Shown here: positions 8,775 through 16,343 of the stretch, piece by piece
How the letters are laid out: the number at the start of each line of letters is the position of its first letter
Position numbering within the stretch: position 1 is the first letter of the stretch
DNA from: an uncultured Acidobacteriota bacterium
GTDB lineage: Bacteria; Acidobacteriota; Vicinamibacteria; Vicinamibacterales; 2-12-FULL-66-21
NCBI GenBank assembly: GCA_963847125.1
Contig: CAWJYM010000009.1
Coordinates: 1,106,658-1,170,657 of the forward strand
Direction of reading: 5' to 3'
Length of the DNA: 64,000 nt
The notes under the pieces: model-generated
The model's database searches: none
What the model was told of the DNA's origin: nothing
What the model saw: only the letters and a program-made list of their open reading frames with translations
Position numbers and translations under genes: made by a program

Positions 8775-10460
8775 ATGAACCGCCGCGACTTTCTCGCGCA
8801 GTGTCGGGCGGGCCTCGCGGCCTGGGCGTTGCCGTTCGATCTCGCGCAATCCAGCGGGTCGGTCGGCTTCCGGCTCACCGACGTGACCGCGGCGGCCGGC
8901 CTCCAGTTCCGCCACAACAACGGCGCCTACGGCGGCAAGCTGCTGCCGGAGACTCTCGGGGCCGGCTGCGCGTTTCTCGATTACGACGCGGACGGCTGGC
9001 AGGACATCCTGCTCATCAACGGCCGGGACTGGCCGGGCCACTCTCGGCAGCGCTCGACGCTCCGGATGTACCGCAACAACCGCAACGGCACCTTCACCGA
9101 CGTGACGCGCGGCGCCGGCCTCGACATCGAGATCTACGGCATGGGCGTGGCGGCCGCCGACTTCGACAACGACGGCTTCCCGGACATCTACGTCACCTGC
9201 GTCGGCCAGAACCGTCTGCTGCGCAACACCGGAAAAGGCACGTTCGTGGACGTCACCCGCACCAGCGGGCTCGGCGGGCGCGAGGCCTTCAGCACGTCCG
9301 CGATGTGGGTCGACGTCGACCGCGACGGCTTCCTCGATCTGTTCGTGTGCAACTACGTCCGCTGGTCCACACAGGACGACGTGTTCTGCAGCCTGGACGG
9401 GAAGCAGAAGTCATACTGTACGCCGGAGGCGTACCGCGGCGACACGTGCTGGTTGTTCAGAAATCGGGGCGACGGCACGTTCGAGGACGTCACCGCGACG
9501 TGTGGCCTCTTCGACTCGAGCTCGAAGTCGCTCGGCGTCGCGATGATCGACCACGACCAGGACGGCTGGCCGGACATCTTCGTCGCCAACGACACCCAGC
9601 CGAACAAGCTGTATCGCAACCAGCGGAACGGCCGGTTCGTGGACGTGGCGGTCGAGGCGGGCGCCGCCTTCAGCGAGGACGGCAAGGCTCGCGCAGGCAT
9701 GGGTGTCGACGTCGCCGAGATCGACGGTTCCGGAAGGATCGGGCTGGCGATCACGAACTTCGAGGGAGAGATGATCGGGCTCTACCGCGCCGACCGCCCC
9801 GGCAGGTATCAGGACGTGGCCACGCAGGCCGGCGTCGGCCTCGCGTCGCGCAACAGGCTCGGGTTCGGCTGCGTCTTCGCGGATGTCAACCTCGACGGCG
9901 CGCTCGATCTCGTCGTCGTCAACGGCCACATCGACGACACCGTGCGGAACATCCGCGGCAACCTGGGCCACGCGCAGCCCGCACAACTCTTCCTGAACGA
10001 CGGGAAAGGCAGCTTCCGCGACATCGCGGGCGACGTCGGCGGCGGATTCGCCCAGCCCAGGGTCGGACGCGGCCTCGCCTACGGCGACTTCGACCGCGAC
10101 GGCGACATCGATCTGCTCATGACGACCAACAACGGCCCCGCGGTCCTTTTTCGGAACGATCACGCGGCTGGGAATCGAAGCCTGCGAGTCCGGCTCGTCG
10201 GGACCAAGTCGAACCGGGACGCGATTGGCGCGACCGTGCGCATCTTCCACGACGGCACGTCGCAGACGCGCGTCGTCAAGAGCGGATCGAGCTATCTCTC
10301 TCAATCGGAGCTTCCGGTGACGTTTGGCGTCGGCAAACGGGATCGCGTCGATCGCGTCGTCGTGAGCTGGCCGAGCGGACGGACGGATGAGTTCAAGAAC
10401 GTCGCGTCGGGACGGGCCTATCAGTGCGTGGAGGGGAAGGATCTCGCGCCCGTCACGTAG
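8775..10460 (+). CDS. Secreted CRTAC1-family protein (FG-GAP/VCBS repeats + ASPIC/UnbV C-terminal domain) with a twin-arginine signal
   Basis: MNRRDFLAQCRAGLAAWALP is Tat-like. Repeated DxDxDGxxD FG-GAP motifs (DYDADGWQDILL, DFDNDGFPDIYV, DVDRDGFLDLFV, DFDRDGDIDLL). C-terminus NRDAIGATVRI ... SGSSYLSQSELPVTFGVG is UnbV_ASPIC-like. Confidence 0.88.
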   Translation: MNRRDFLAQCRAGLAAWALPFDLAQSSGSVGFRLTDVTAAAGLQFRHNNGAYGGKLLPETLGAGCAFLDYDADGWQDILLINGRDWPGHSRQRSTLRMYRNNRNGTFTDVTRGAGLDIEIYGMGVAAADFDNDGFPDIYVTCVGQNRLLRNTGKGTFVDVTRTSGLGGREAFSTSAMWVDVDRDGFLDLFVCNYVRWSTQDDVFCSLDGKQKSYCTPEAYRGDTCWLFRNRGDGTFEDVTATCGLFDSSSKSLGVAMIDHDQDGWPDIFVANDTQPNKLYRNQRNGRFVDVAVEAGAAFSEDGKARAGMGVDVAEIDGSGRIGLAITNFEGEMIGLYRADRPGRYQDVATQAGVGLASRNRLGFGCVFADVNLDGALDLVVVNGHIDDTVRNIRGNLGHAQPAQLFLNDGKGSFRDIAGDVGGGFAQPRVGRGLAYGDFDRDGDIDLLMTTNNGPAVLFRNDHAAGNRSLRVRLVGTKSNRDAIGATVRIFHDGTSQTRVVKSGSSYLSQSELPVTFGVGKRDRVDRVVVSWPSGRTDEFKNVASGRAYQCVEGKDLAPVT

Positions 10461-11531
10461 GCGCCTTCTCCCTTGGGGTTCTTGGGGTTCTTGGGGCGAC
10501 GGAAGATAGAGATTCGCGAGGCCGAGCCGGATCGAATCGATATCGACGTCATTGAGGTTCATCAGGACGATGATCGTCAGCCGATCGTCCACGAACCGCG
10601 CGAATTCGGAGCGAAAACCGGGCATCCCGCCGCTGTGATGGACCACCTTTCGACCTCGGACCTCACCAAGTTCCCAACCGAACCCGTACGGAGAAGTGGC
10701 GCCGTCGTTCAGCCTCGCCGGAGCCCACATCTGGCGGCGGGAGGCCTCGCTGAGAATTCTGTCGGTGTCGAGCATGGCGTCCCACTTCGCCAGATCCAGC
10801 ACCGTCGACAGGAAGGCGCCGCTCGGACGCAGCGCCGGCCAATCGTCGGCGTTCCGCAGCGTGTCGTTGTCGGCGTAGCCCTGGGCCCGTTTCGGGAGAC
10901 TCACTTTCGTGTTGGTGGGGAAGGTCGTGTTCATGCCGGAGGGCTTGAAGACCTTGTCGGTCAAGTACTCGGTCCATGGCCGGCCGGACACCTTGCTGAT
11001 GATCTCGGCGAGCGCGAAGTACCCGGTATTGCAGTATTCCCACTTCTCGCCCGGCGCGAATCGCAGCGGCCGGGGGTAGGCGGTCTCGAGGAGATCGGCG
11101 TCGCTCTGAATCGTGAAGGGATCGAATCCCGGGGCCTCGCGGAGGAGGCCTGACGTGTGGGTCAGGAGATGCCGGATCGTGATGGCGTTCCACGCCGCCG
11201 GTGTCTCTTCGAGGTACCTGCTGATCGGATCATCGACGCTGAGCCGGCCTTCCTGGGCAAGCAGCATGATGCCGGTCGCGATGAACTGCTTGCTCACGGA
11301 GGCGATTCTGTAGACCGTTTCAGGTGTGGCGGGCGTTTTGAGCGCGATATTCGCCAGGCCATACCCTTCGGACTTGATGATCGTCCCGTCCTTGATGACG
11401 ACGAGGGAGAGACCCGGAATATTCTGGCGCTTCATCTCGGCCCTGACGTAGTCGTCTGTCTTGTCCGCCCGCGCGACAGCCGGGGCAAGCAACAACAGGA
11501 GAACGAACACGGGGATACGTGCAGGCCGCAT
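9411..11531 (-). CDS. Beta-lactamase-family serine hydrolase. Only 10470-11531 looks like the protein; there is no in-frame stop until 9411, so the ORF runs antisense through the neighbouring gene
   Basis: ATG at 11531. Signal peptide MRPARIPVFVLLLLLAPAVARA. SxxK motif in YRIASVSKQFIATG. About 352 aa of family-like sequence ends in LANLYLPSPQEPQEPQG at 10470-10500. Downstream of that the translation is Arg/Asp/Val-rich shadow sequence opposite the CRTAC1 gene. Confidence 0.75.
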   Translation of the reverse strand: MRPARIPVFVLLLLLAPAVARADKTDDYVRAEMKRQNIPGLSLVVIKDGTIIKSEGYGLANIALKTPATPETVYRIASVSKQFIATGIMLLAQEGRLSVDDPISRYLEETPAAWNAITIRHLLTHTSGLLREAPGFDPFTIQSDADLLETAYPRPLRFAPGEKWEYCNTGYFALAEIISKVSGRPWTEYLTDKVFKPSGMNTTFPTNTKVSLPKRAQGYADNDTLRNADDWPALRPSGAFLSTVLDLAKWDAMLDTDRILSEASRRQMWAPARLNDGATSPYGFGWELGEVRGRKVVHHSGGMPGFRSEFARFVDDRLTIIVLMNLNDVDIDSIRLGLANLYLPSPQEPQEPQGRRRLRDGREILPLHALIGPSRRDVLELIRPSARPAHDDAIDAIPFADAKRHRKLRLREIARSALDDARLRRAVVEDAHGRANRVPVRLGPDEPDSQASIPSRVIVPKKDRGAVVGRHEQIDVAVAVEVAVGEAASDPGLGESAADVARDVAEAAFPVVQEELCGLRVAQVAADVPHGVVDVAVDDDEIERAVEVDIREDAAEPEPVARREADAGLRGHVLIPAGAVGAVEPDHLSLEVRDRQPDPSGTVDLGDVDTHACASLAVLAEGGARLDRHVHEPAVPLVAIQLVRLGVVGDEDVRPAVLVVVDHRDAERLRARVEEATRRGDVLERAVAPISEQPARVAAVRLRRTV

Positions 11532-11545
11532 CGCGATGTCCCTCT

Positions 11546-11815
11546 TCACCTTAGAACCAATACGGCGGCCGCGCGCAGGAACAGGCCGACCAGGAGCCCG
11601 AGGATCAGCGCGGCGCCGCCGTAGACGATCACATACGGGGGCGCCTCCATCGGCCGTGTGACGATTCCCGGCGCGAGATACAGGAGCGCCGTGCCGAGGC
11701 CGCACAGCCCCGCCTCGAGCGCGGCGACATCTCCGGGCGTGTACTCATGCCGACTGACCACAAAATGGCGCTGGTCACTGTTTCGATCGTCAGGAGACCT
11801 TTCCATCCCCCTCAC
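11546..11815 (-). CDS. Possible small two-TM membrane protein (hypothetical)
   Basis: ORF only. Hydrophobic stretches GLCGLGTALLYLAPGIV and YVIVYGGAALILGLLVGLFL. No recognisable family. Ends 15 nt upstream of the hydrolase start. Confidence 0.3.
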   Translation of the reverse strand: MRGMERSPDDRNSDQRHFVVSRHEYTPGDVAALEAGLCGLGTALLYLAPGIVTRPMEAPPYVIVYGGAALILGLLVGLFLRAAAVLVLR

Positions 11816-12428
11816 GGCCTGCCCGCGATTGATAAAGTCGGATCAGCCATTTGGGAGCTCTCAGCTCACGGAGTTTGGTCACAGCCCGATCGTGGAACGC
11901 CTCGCGCGTCCACACGACTGGATCGGACTGAAGCTGGGCGTGTGCTTGCTCAATGAGCGCCTGGCCGTCCGGTAACCGCGACGCGAACGCGATCTCGGCC
12001 TTGAAGCACACGCGCTCGATACGCACGCGCATTTCGGGTTCATAGCCAAAGCCCGCACGGAACAGCCGGGCATGTGTCGCCTCGTGGACGATGATTGAGG
12101 CGACGTGAACGGCGGAGACCTCCTGTTTTAGCAGATGGCTCCTATCAAGAACGCAGAGCTGGGCCCAGTAGTGATACTCGGCGTGGTTGCCTCCAGTCTC
12201 CGTTATCCACAGGCCGCGTAGATCGCGTTTGAGACGTGCAAACCGAGCCGGATTGTACTGGTCAATCAGCCGGACGGCGTCACACACCTTGTCAAATAGC
12301 ATCCGGCGCTCGCAGGCGTCAGAGAGTAGACAGCGGACCTCTATCCCGCAACATCGTCGGCGCGCCGATAACGCAAAGAGAAAACGTGTAGTCCAGATGC
12401 GTAGCCTCGAGCGAAGCGTCTGTGGCAT
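11790..12428 (-). CDS. Hypothetical protein with an HExxH zinc-metallopeptidase-like motif
   Basis: 212-aa ORF in a visibly lower-G+C stretch. Motif ASIIVHEATHARLF. No family recognised from sequence alone. Confidence 0.5.
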   Translation of the reverse strand: MPQTLRSRLRIWTTRFLFALSARRRCCGIEVRCLLSDACERRMLFDKVCDAVRLIDQYNPARFARLKRDLRGLWITETGGNHAEYHYWAQLCVLDRSHLLKQEVSAVHVASIIVHEATHARLFRAGFGYEPEMRVRIERVCFKAEIAFASRLPDGQALIEQAHAQLQSDPVVWTREAFHDRAVTKLRELRAPKWLIRLYQSRAGREGDGKVS

Positions 12429-12549
12429 ACGCCCTCGTGACGGCGCTGGCTGATTGCGGGCCTAGCGATCCTCTCTGTCGTCTTCCGGATCATAGAGGAT
12501 GCCGCGGTATTCCCCAGTCAGCTCCGCGTCCGGCGGGACCATTTGTCAA

Positions 12550-13875
12550 CGCCGGCTGGCACCGATGTTGTGCCAACGGAAACTCGGTCCTGGACCGAGT
12601 CGTCCAGCCAAGACTTTTCCGCCGAGTCGACATCGACACCTCTTGACACGTTTTCGAGCGCGCTCGACTTACCGCGCGAGGCTCCGCTCACTTTCCGCTC
12701 TCCTCGTGCGCAGGGTGTCCGCTGCGCAGCCTTCGGACCTCAGTCCGACGAAGACGTCGACCTCGCGATCGATCGCAGCCGTGGTGACCAGCCTGCGTCT
12801 CAAACATCGCAGTGTTATAACGCGATATGACGACGTTCACTCAATCGTTCGCTCACTTGTCCAATCACGATCTCCTCGACCTGGTGAAGCAGCTCGCTGC
12901 CGCCGAGCGCCAGGCGACGGTATGCCTCATTGCGTCGCTGATGGAAGTCGACGCACGCCGGCTTTATCTCGGTGAAGGGTGCTCATCGCTCTTCACGTAC
13001 TGCACCCAGGTGCTGCACCTTTCCGAACATGCCGCGTACGGACGCATCGAGGCGGCGCGCGCGGTCAGACGCTTTCCCGAAATCTTGGAGCTGCTGGCCG
13101 AAGGAGCGATCACCCTTACGGCGGTCGGCCGCCTCGCGCCGCATCTAACCGACGCCAACCATGTGGAGCTTCTGAACTCCGCTCGGCACAAGACCAAGCG
13201 GGAGGTCGAGCAGCTCGTCGTACATCTCCATCCTCGGCCCGATGTACCGTCGTCGATTCGAAGACTTCCGACACCGAAGATTCGCGCGTCTTCGCAAGCG
13301 CCCGCAGGTGATGCCTTGCCTGGCGGGGATCGTCGCGAACTTGGCCCCCCGGCCCCGACACCCTCGAACGCGCCCGCTGTCCTGGCCCCACTCGCACCCG
13401 AACGCTACAAGGTTCAGTTCACCGTGGGTCGCGAAACGTACGAAAAACTGCGCCGGGCCCAGGATCTGTTGCGCCACACTATCCCGGGCGGCGATCCGGC
13501 CGCGGTCATCGATCGGGCCCTGACTGTGCTCCTCGCAGAGCTCGACCGGACCAGACTGGCCGCGACGGATCGGCCGCGGAGCCGCCTTCGCGCTGCGCGC
13601 TCCGGCGCCCAAGGAGCCAGTCCCACGCGTCACATTCCCGCCGCGGTGAAGCGAACCGTCTGGGCGCGCGACGGAGGGCGGTGCGCCTTTGTCGGGAACA
13701 CGAGACGCTGCGCGGAGACCGGCTTTCTCCAATTCCATCATGTGGTGCCATACGCGAGAGGTGGCCCATCCGTCGTCGAGAACATCGAGCTTCGATGCGC
13801 CGCTCATAACGCGCACGAGGCGGAGTTGTGCTTCGGTCCCCGACAGCCGACGCTCATGCGGGAGACTGCTCCACT
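12550..13875 (+). mobile_element. HNH-endonuclease selfish element, full-length copy (structured 5' leader + DUF222-like/HNH ORF)
   Basis: Both ends are defined by homology to the miniature copy at 14262-14427. The 5' block 12559-12640 contains hairpins GGCAC-N7-GTGCC and ACTCGGTCC-T-GGACCGAGT. The 3' block 13790-13875 contains the end of the HNH motif. Confidence 0.6.
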
Positions 13876-13984
13876 GTATGCTTCAATCGCACGCACTACC
13901 ATGGTGCGGCGGCGCACGACGGAAGGGCGGGTCTGGCCATCGAGGACGCACCGTTCGGCGGCGTCAGGGTTGGTCGCGAACTGA
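12827..13984 (+). CDS. HNH endonuclease with a DUF222-like N-terminal domain (REP13E12-type architecture)
   Basis: N-terminus LSNHDLLDLVKQLAAAERQATVCLIASLMEVDARRLY. C-terminal HNH core RCAFVGNTRRCAETGFLQFHHVVPYARGGPSVVENIELRCAAHNAHEAE. TATAAC at 12816-12821 lies 5 nt before the ATG. Confidence 0.85.
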   Translation: MTTFTQSFAHLSNHDLLDLVKQLAAAERQATVCLIASLMEVDARRLYLGEGCSSLFTYCTQVLHLSEHAAYGRIEAARAVRRFPEILELLAEGAITLTAVGRLAPHLTDANHVELLNSARHKTKREVEQLVVHLHPRPDVPSSIRRLPTPKIRASSQAPAGDALPGGDRRELGPPAPTPSNAPAVLAPLAPERYKVQFTVGRETYEKLRRAQDLLRHTIPGGDPAAVIDRALTVLLAELDRTRLAATDRPRSRLRAARSGAQGASPTRHIPAAVKRTVWARDGGRCAFVGNTRRCAETGFLQFHHVVPYARGGPSVVENIELRCAAHNAHEAELCFGPRQPTLMRETAPLYASIARTTMVRRRTTEGRVWPSRTHRSAASGLVAN

Positions 13985-14209
13985 TCGATCGACCGTTGGG
14001 TGGTGACGAACTGCCATTGCTCCGGGCCGCCGAAGTCCCGATGCATGACGTCGACAGTCGGCACTCCGACCGCATCGAAGTAATAGCAGCGAACGCCCGG
14101 CAGGGCCCGGGCCTCGAGAGACCTGTACGACGGTCGTCTTGCCGGCTCCCGAAGCGCCGGTGACCACAAGGATGGCTGGGGCACTCACAAAGTTTGAGCA
14201 GCTGAGCAC
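13876..14209 (-). pseudogene. Fragment of a small P-loop NTPase gene: +1 frameshift near 14124 and 3' truncation at the HNH-element boundary
   Basis: Walker A SAPAILVVTGASGAGKTTVV in one frame. It continues in the next frame as RSLEARALPGVRCYYFDAVGVPTVDVMHRDFGGPEQWQ ... CVLDGQTRPS. Only about 110 codons remain. Confidence 0.6.
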
Positions 14210-14261
14210 ACTGAGAAAACCTGGGACGGGGCGCGACTAAATCTGGGTGCAGCCAGTTGCG

Positions 14262-14427
14262 GCCGACGGATGGCACCGATCTCGTGCCAACCCGGAACTC
14301 GGTCCTGAACCGAGTCGTCCAACCAATACTTTTTCACCGAGGACACTTCGATGCGCCGCTCAGCCCGCGCACGAAGCGGAGTCATGCTTCGGTCCCCGCC
14401 AATCGCCGCTCATGCGGGAGACCGCTC
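14262..14427 (+). mobile_element. Miniature, internally deleted derivative of the HNH element (5' leader joined directly to the last ~80 bp)
   Basis: 14271-14350 aligns to 12559-12640 and both hairpins are conserved. 14345-14427 aligns to 13790-13875 (LRCAA.. AHEAE.CFGPRQ..LMRETA). About 1.15 kb of interior sequence is missing. Confidence 0.7.
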
Positions 14428-14439
14428 TACCGGACGTTC

Positions 14440-14530
14440 TTCCTTCCTCTGTGCCTCTGTGTCTCTGTGTCTCATCGTCCCCGCCTTTCTCTGCGTCTCC
14501 TCGTCCTCTGTGTCTCCGCCGCAAGCCCGT
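14440..14530. repeat. CTCTGTG/CACAGAG-rich dispersed repeat, also present inverted at 41760-41875
   Basis: 14461-14499 is the reverse complement of 41772-41810 with one mismatch in 39 nt (hand comparison). It overlaps the 3' end of the YjbR-like ORF. Confidence 0.8.
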
Positions 14531-14855
14531 GCGCGTGCGCCAGCCGCTCCGCGACTTCGGACCACTTCGGCCGGCGATCCAGGAAGACGCCAATCCACCC
14601 CGCCACGCCGGCATAGGGCGGCACGAAGTACCGTTCGGGAGATCGGGACACGAGGAGATCCTGCGTCGTGTGCGTGGCCTTGCACCACACGGCGTGACGC
14701 CCTGCGCCGTGGTGATTGTTCGCGTTCGCGAAGCTCGCGAACATCCGCTTCCCGACCCAGAACGTCGGCTCGCCGTGCGAGATCTTCTCCCAGGTATCCG
14801 GCAGCGCCAGGCACACCCTGCGCAGTTTCTCGAGTGGGCTACGTTCAGTACGCAA
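14472..14855 (-). CDS. MmcQ/YjbR-family protein; the C-terminal tail is encoded by the dispersed repeat
   Basis: LEKLRRVCLALPDTWEKISHGEPTFWVGKRMFASF is typical of the YjbR fold family. The last ~20 codons (AAETQRTRRRRERRGR) lie inside the repeat at 14440-14530. Confidence 0.65.
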   Translation of the reverse strand: MRTERSPLEKLRRVCLALPDTWEKISHGEPTFWVGKRMFASFANANNHHGAGRHAVWCKATHTTQDLLVSRSPERYFVPPYAGVAGWIGVFLDRRPKWSEVAERLAHAHGLAAETQRTRRRRERRGR

Positions 14856-14887
14856 TCAGCATCCCCTGCGGCTATTCGCCGCGCCAG

Positions 14888-15643
14888 CTACCGGCCGCCG
14901 GTGACGTCGATGAAAGCGCCGGTCGTAAAGGAGGCTTGGTCGGAGAGCAGCCAGAGGATGGCGTGCGCGACTTCTTCAGGCTGTCCTCCGCGCCTCAGTG
15001 GAACGAGCGCCTTCACTCGCTCGACGCGATCCGGCTCGCCACCGCTCGCGTGCATCTCGGTGTAGATGTAGCCCGGGCGCACCGCGTTCACTCGTATGGC
15101 CTCCGCCGCCACTTCTCGCGCGAGACCGATCGTCAGCGTGTCGATCGCGCCTTTGGACGCGGCATAGTCCACATACTCCCCTGGCGAACCCAGGCGGGCG
15201 GCCCCGGACGACACGTTGACGATGGCGCCGCCCTTCCCGCCGTGGCGCGTCGACATGCGTCGCACGGCCTCGCGGGCGCACATGAACGCTCCTACGACGT
15301 TCGTGGAGAAAATGCGATGCAGCCGTGGGGCATCCATTTCGTCGACGCGCATCTGGGTTTCGAGAATGCCGGCGTTGTTGACGAGTCCCGCCAGAGTCCC
15401 GAGGGCGTCCGCCGCCTCGAACAGCCGCATGACGTCCGCTTCAGCCGATACGTCCGCCTGCATCGCGATCGATCGCGAACCCCCAGCCTCAATCGCACGC
15501 ACCACCTTGTCGGCAGCCTCACTGTCCGAGCGATAGTTCACGCAGACGGTATAGCCGTTCGCGCCCAGCAGCCGCGCGGTGGCTGCGCCGATGCCACGAC
15601 TGCCGCCCGTCACGATCACGACTTTGTTGATGGGGGTGGCCAT
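14888..15643 (-). CDS. Short-chain dehydrogenase/reductase (classical SDR)
   Basis: ATG at 15643. TGGSRGIG cofactor motif, NNAG, catalytic YAASKGA. The start overlaps the upstream stop by one base (TGATG at 15641-15645). Confidence 0.9.
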   Translation of the reverse strand: MATPINKVVIVTGGSRGIGAATARLLGANGYTVCVNYRSDSEAADKVVRAIEAGGSRSIAMQADVSAEADVMRLFEAADALGTLAGLVNNAGILETQMRVDEMDAPRLHRIFSTNVVGAFMCAREAVRRMSTRHGGKGGAIVNVSSGAARLGSPGEYVDYAASKGAIDTLTIGLAREVAAEAIRVNAVRPGYIYTEMHASGGEPDRVERVKALVPLRRGGQPEEVAHAILWLLSDQASFTTGAFIDVTGGR

Positions 15644-16281
15644 CAGTACGCAACGAGCCTTCCCTGCGGCCACTCGCCGCGCCACCCGCACGGAAAGTGC
15701 CCGGCGCCGTACACCGACAGCAGTTCCAAGAAGAAAAAGCAGCGATGTCCGCTTCCGAGGTAGCTGTTTTCCATGAGCGCGCCCAGCACGTCCCACTGGA
15801 GGGAATGGACAACCGCGATGTCCAGGCCTCGGGACTGCTGGTAGGGGATCCACTTCTCGTCGGTCAGCCGGTCAAGTATCGCTGCCTTGTGCTCGGCGAC
15901 GACCGTGTTCCAGTTCTGATAGTTCTTGCGGTCGTGCTGATGCAGCCAGACAGTGAGCTGGTTCCGGGCCTCGAGTTCGACGTTCTCCCACACGCCATCC
16001 GCGCAACTCTCGACGGCCTCGGGCCAGCTGGATACCTGGTCGACCGTCATCGAGAGGTCGAGCGCCATCGGCTCGCCGCAGTGGGCGAACCAATCGATCG
16101 CGCGCAGCGTTGTGGCCAGGTCTCTCGGAGCGAAGTCTCGCTTCGAAACGAATCCGGGCGCCGGACTCTCCACCGAGTCGAGGATCGGCGCGTTCAGCAA
16201 CCGGGCCAGCTCTTCCGTCTCACCCGGCGTCAGCCGGCCGGTCCGCCCCTTCGCCAGCAACTCCGCGAACCGTTCGTCCAT
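15643..16281 (-). CDS. Hypothetical protein, translationally coupled to the SDR
   Basis: ORF with ATG at 16281 (MDERFAELLAKGRTG); an upstream alternative start exists at 16332. No recognisable motifs. Divergent from the kinase gene. Confidence 0.5.
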   Translation of the reverse strand: MDERFAELLAKGRTGRLTPGETEELARLLNAPILDSVESPAPGFVSKRDFAPRDLATTLRAIDWFAHCGEPMALDLSMTVDQVSSWPEAVESCADGVWENVELEARNQLTVWLHQHDRKNYQNWNTVVAEHKAAILDRLTDEKWIPYQQSRGLDIAVVHSLQWDVLGALMENSYLGSGHRCFFFLELLSVYGAGHFPCGWRGEWPQGRLVAY

Positions 16282-16343
16282 TCGCGCTCTTCTGCTCCGC
16301 CGCCCGCGCCACGCGACGCCGGTATAATCCAAGCCGCAATCAC

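Noticed and set aside
8801-10390. 529-aa alternative-frame ORF inside the CRTAC1 gene
   Set aside because: Same strand but a shifted frame giving an Arg/Pro/Gly-rich product. The 8775-10460 frame has FG-GAP and UnbV motifs and a Tat signal.
10473-10497. TTGGGG-containing repeat resembling telomeric repeats
   Set aside because: Only 2.5 units, interrupted by TTC, and internal to a bacterial convergent-gene junction. It is better explained as part of the G-rich/GAAC repeat families.
12559-12640. Structured leader upstream of the HNH ORF considered as a HEARO/omega-RNA of an IscB-type nuclease
   Set aside because: The ORF has a DUF222-like N-terminus plus an HNH domain only. No RuvC segments are visible, and the structured block is short (two small hairpins).
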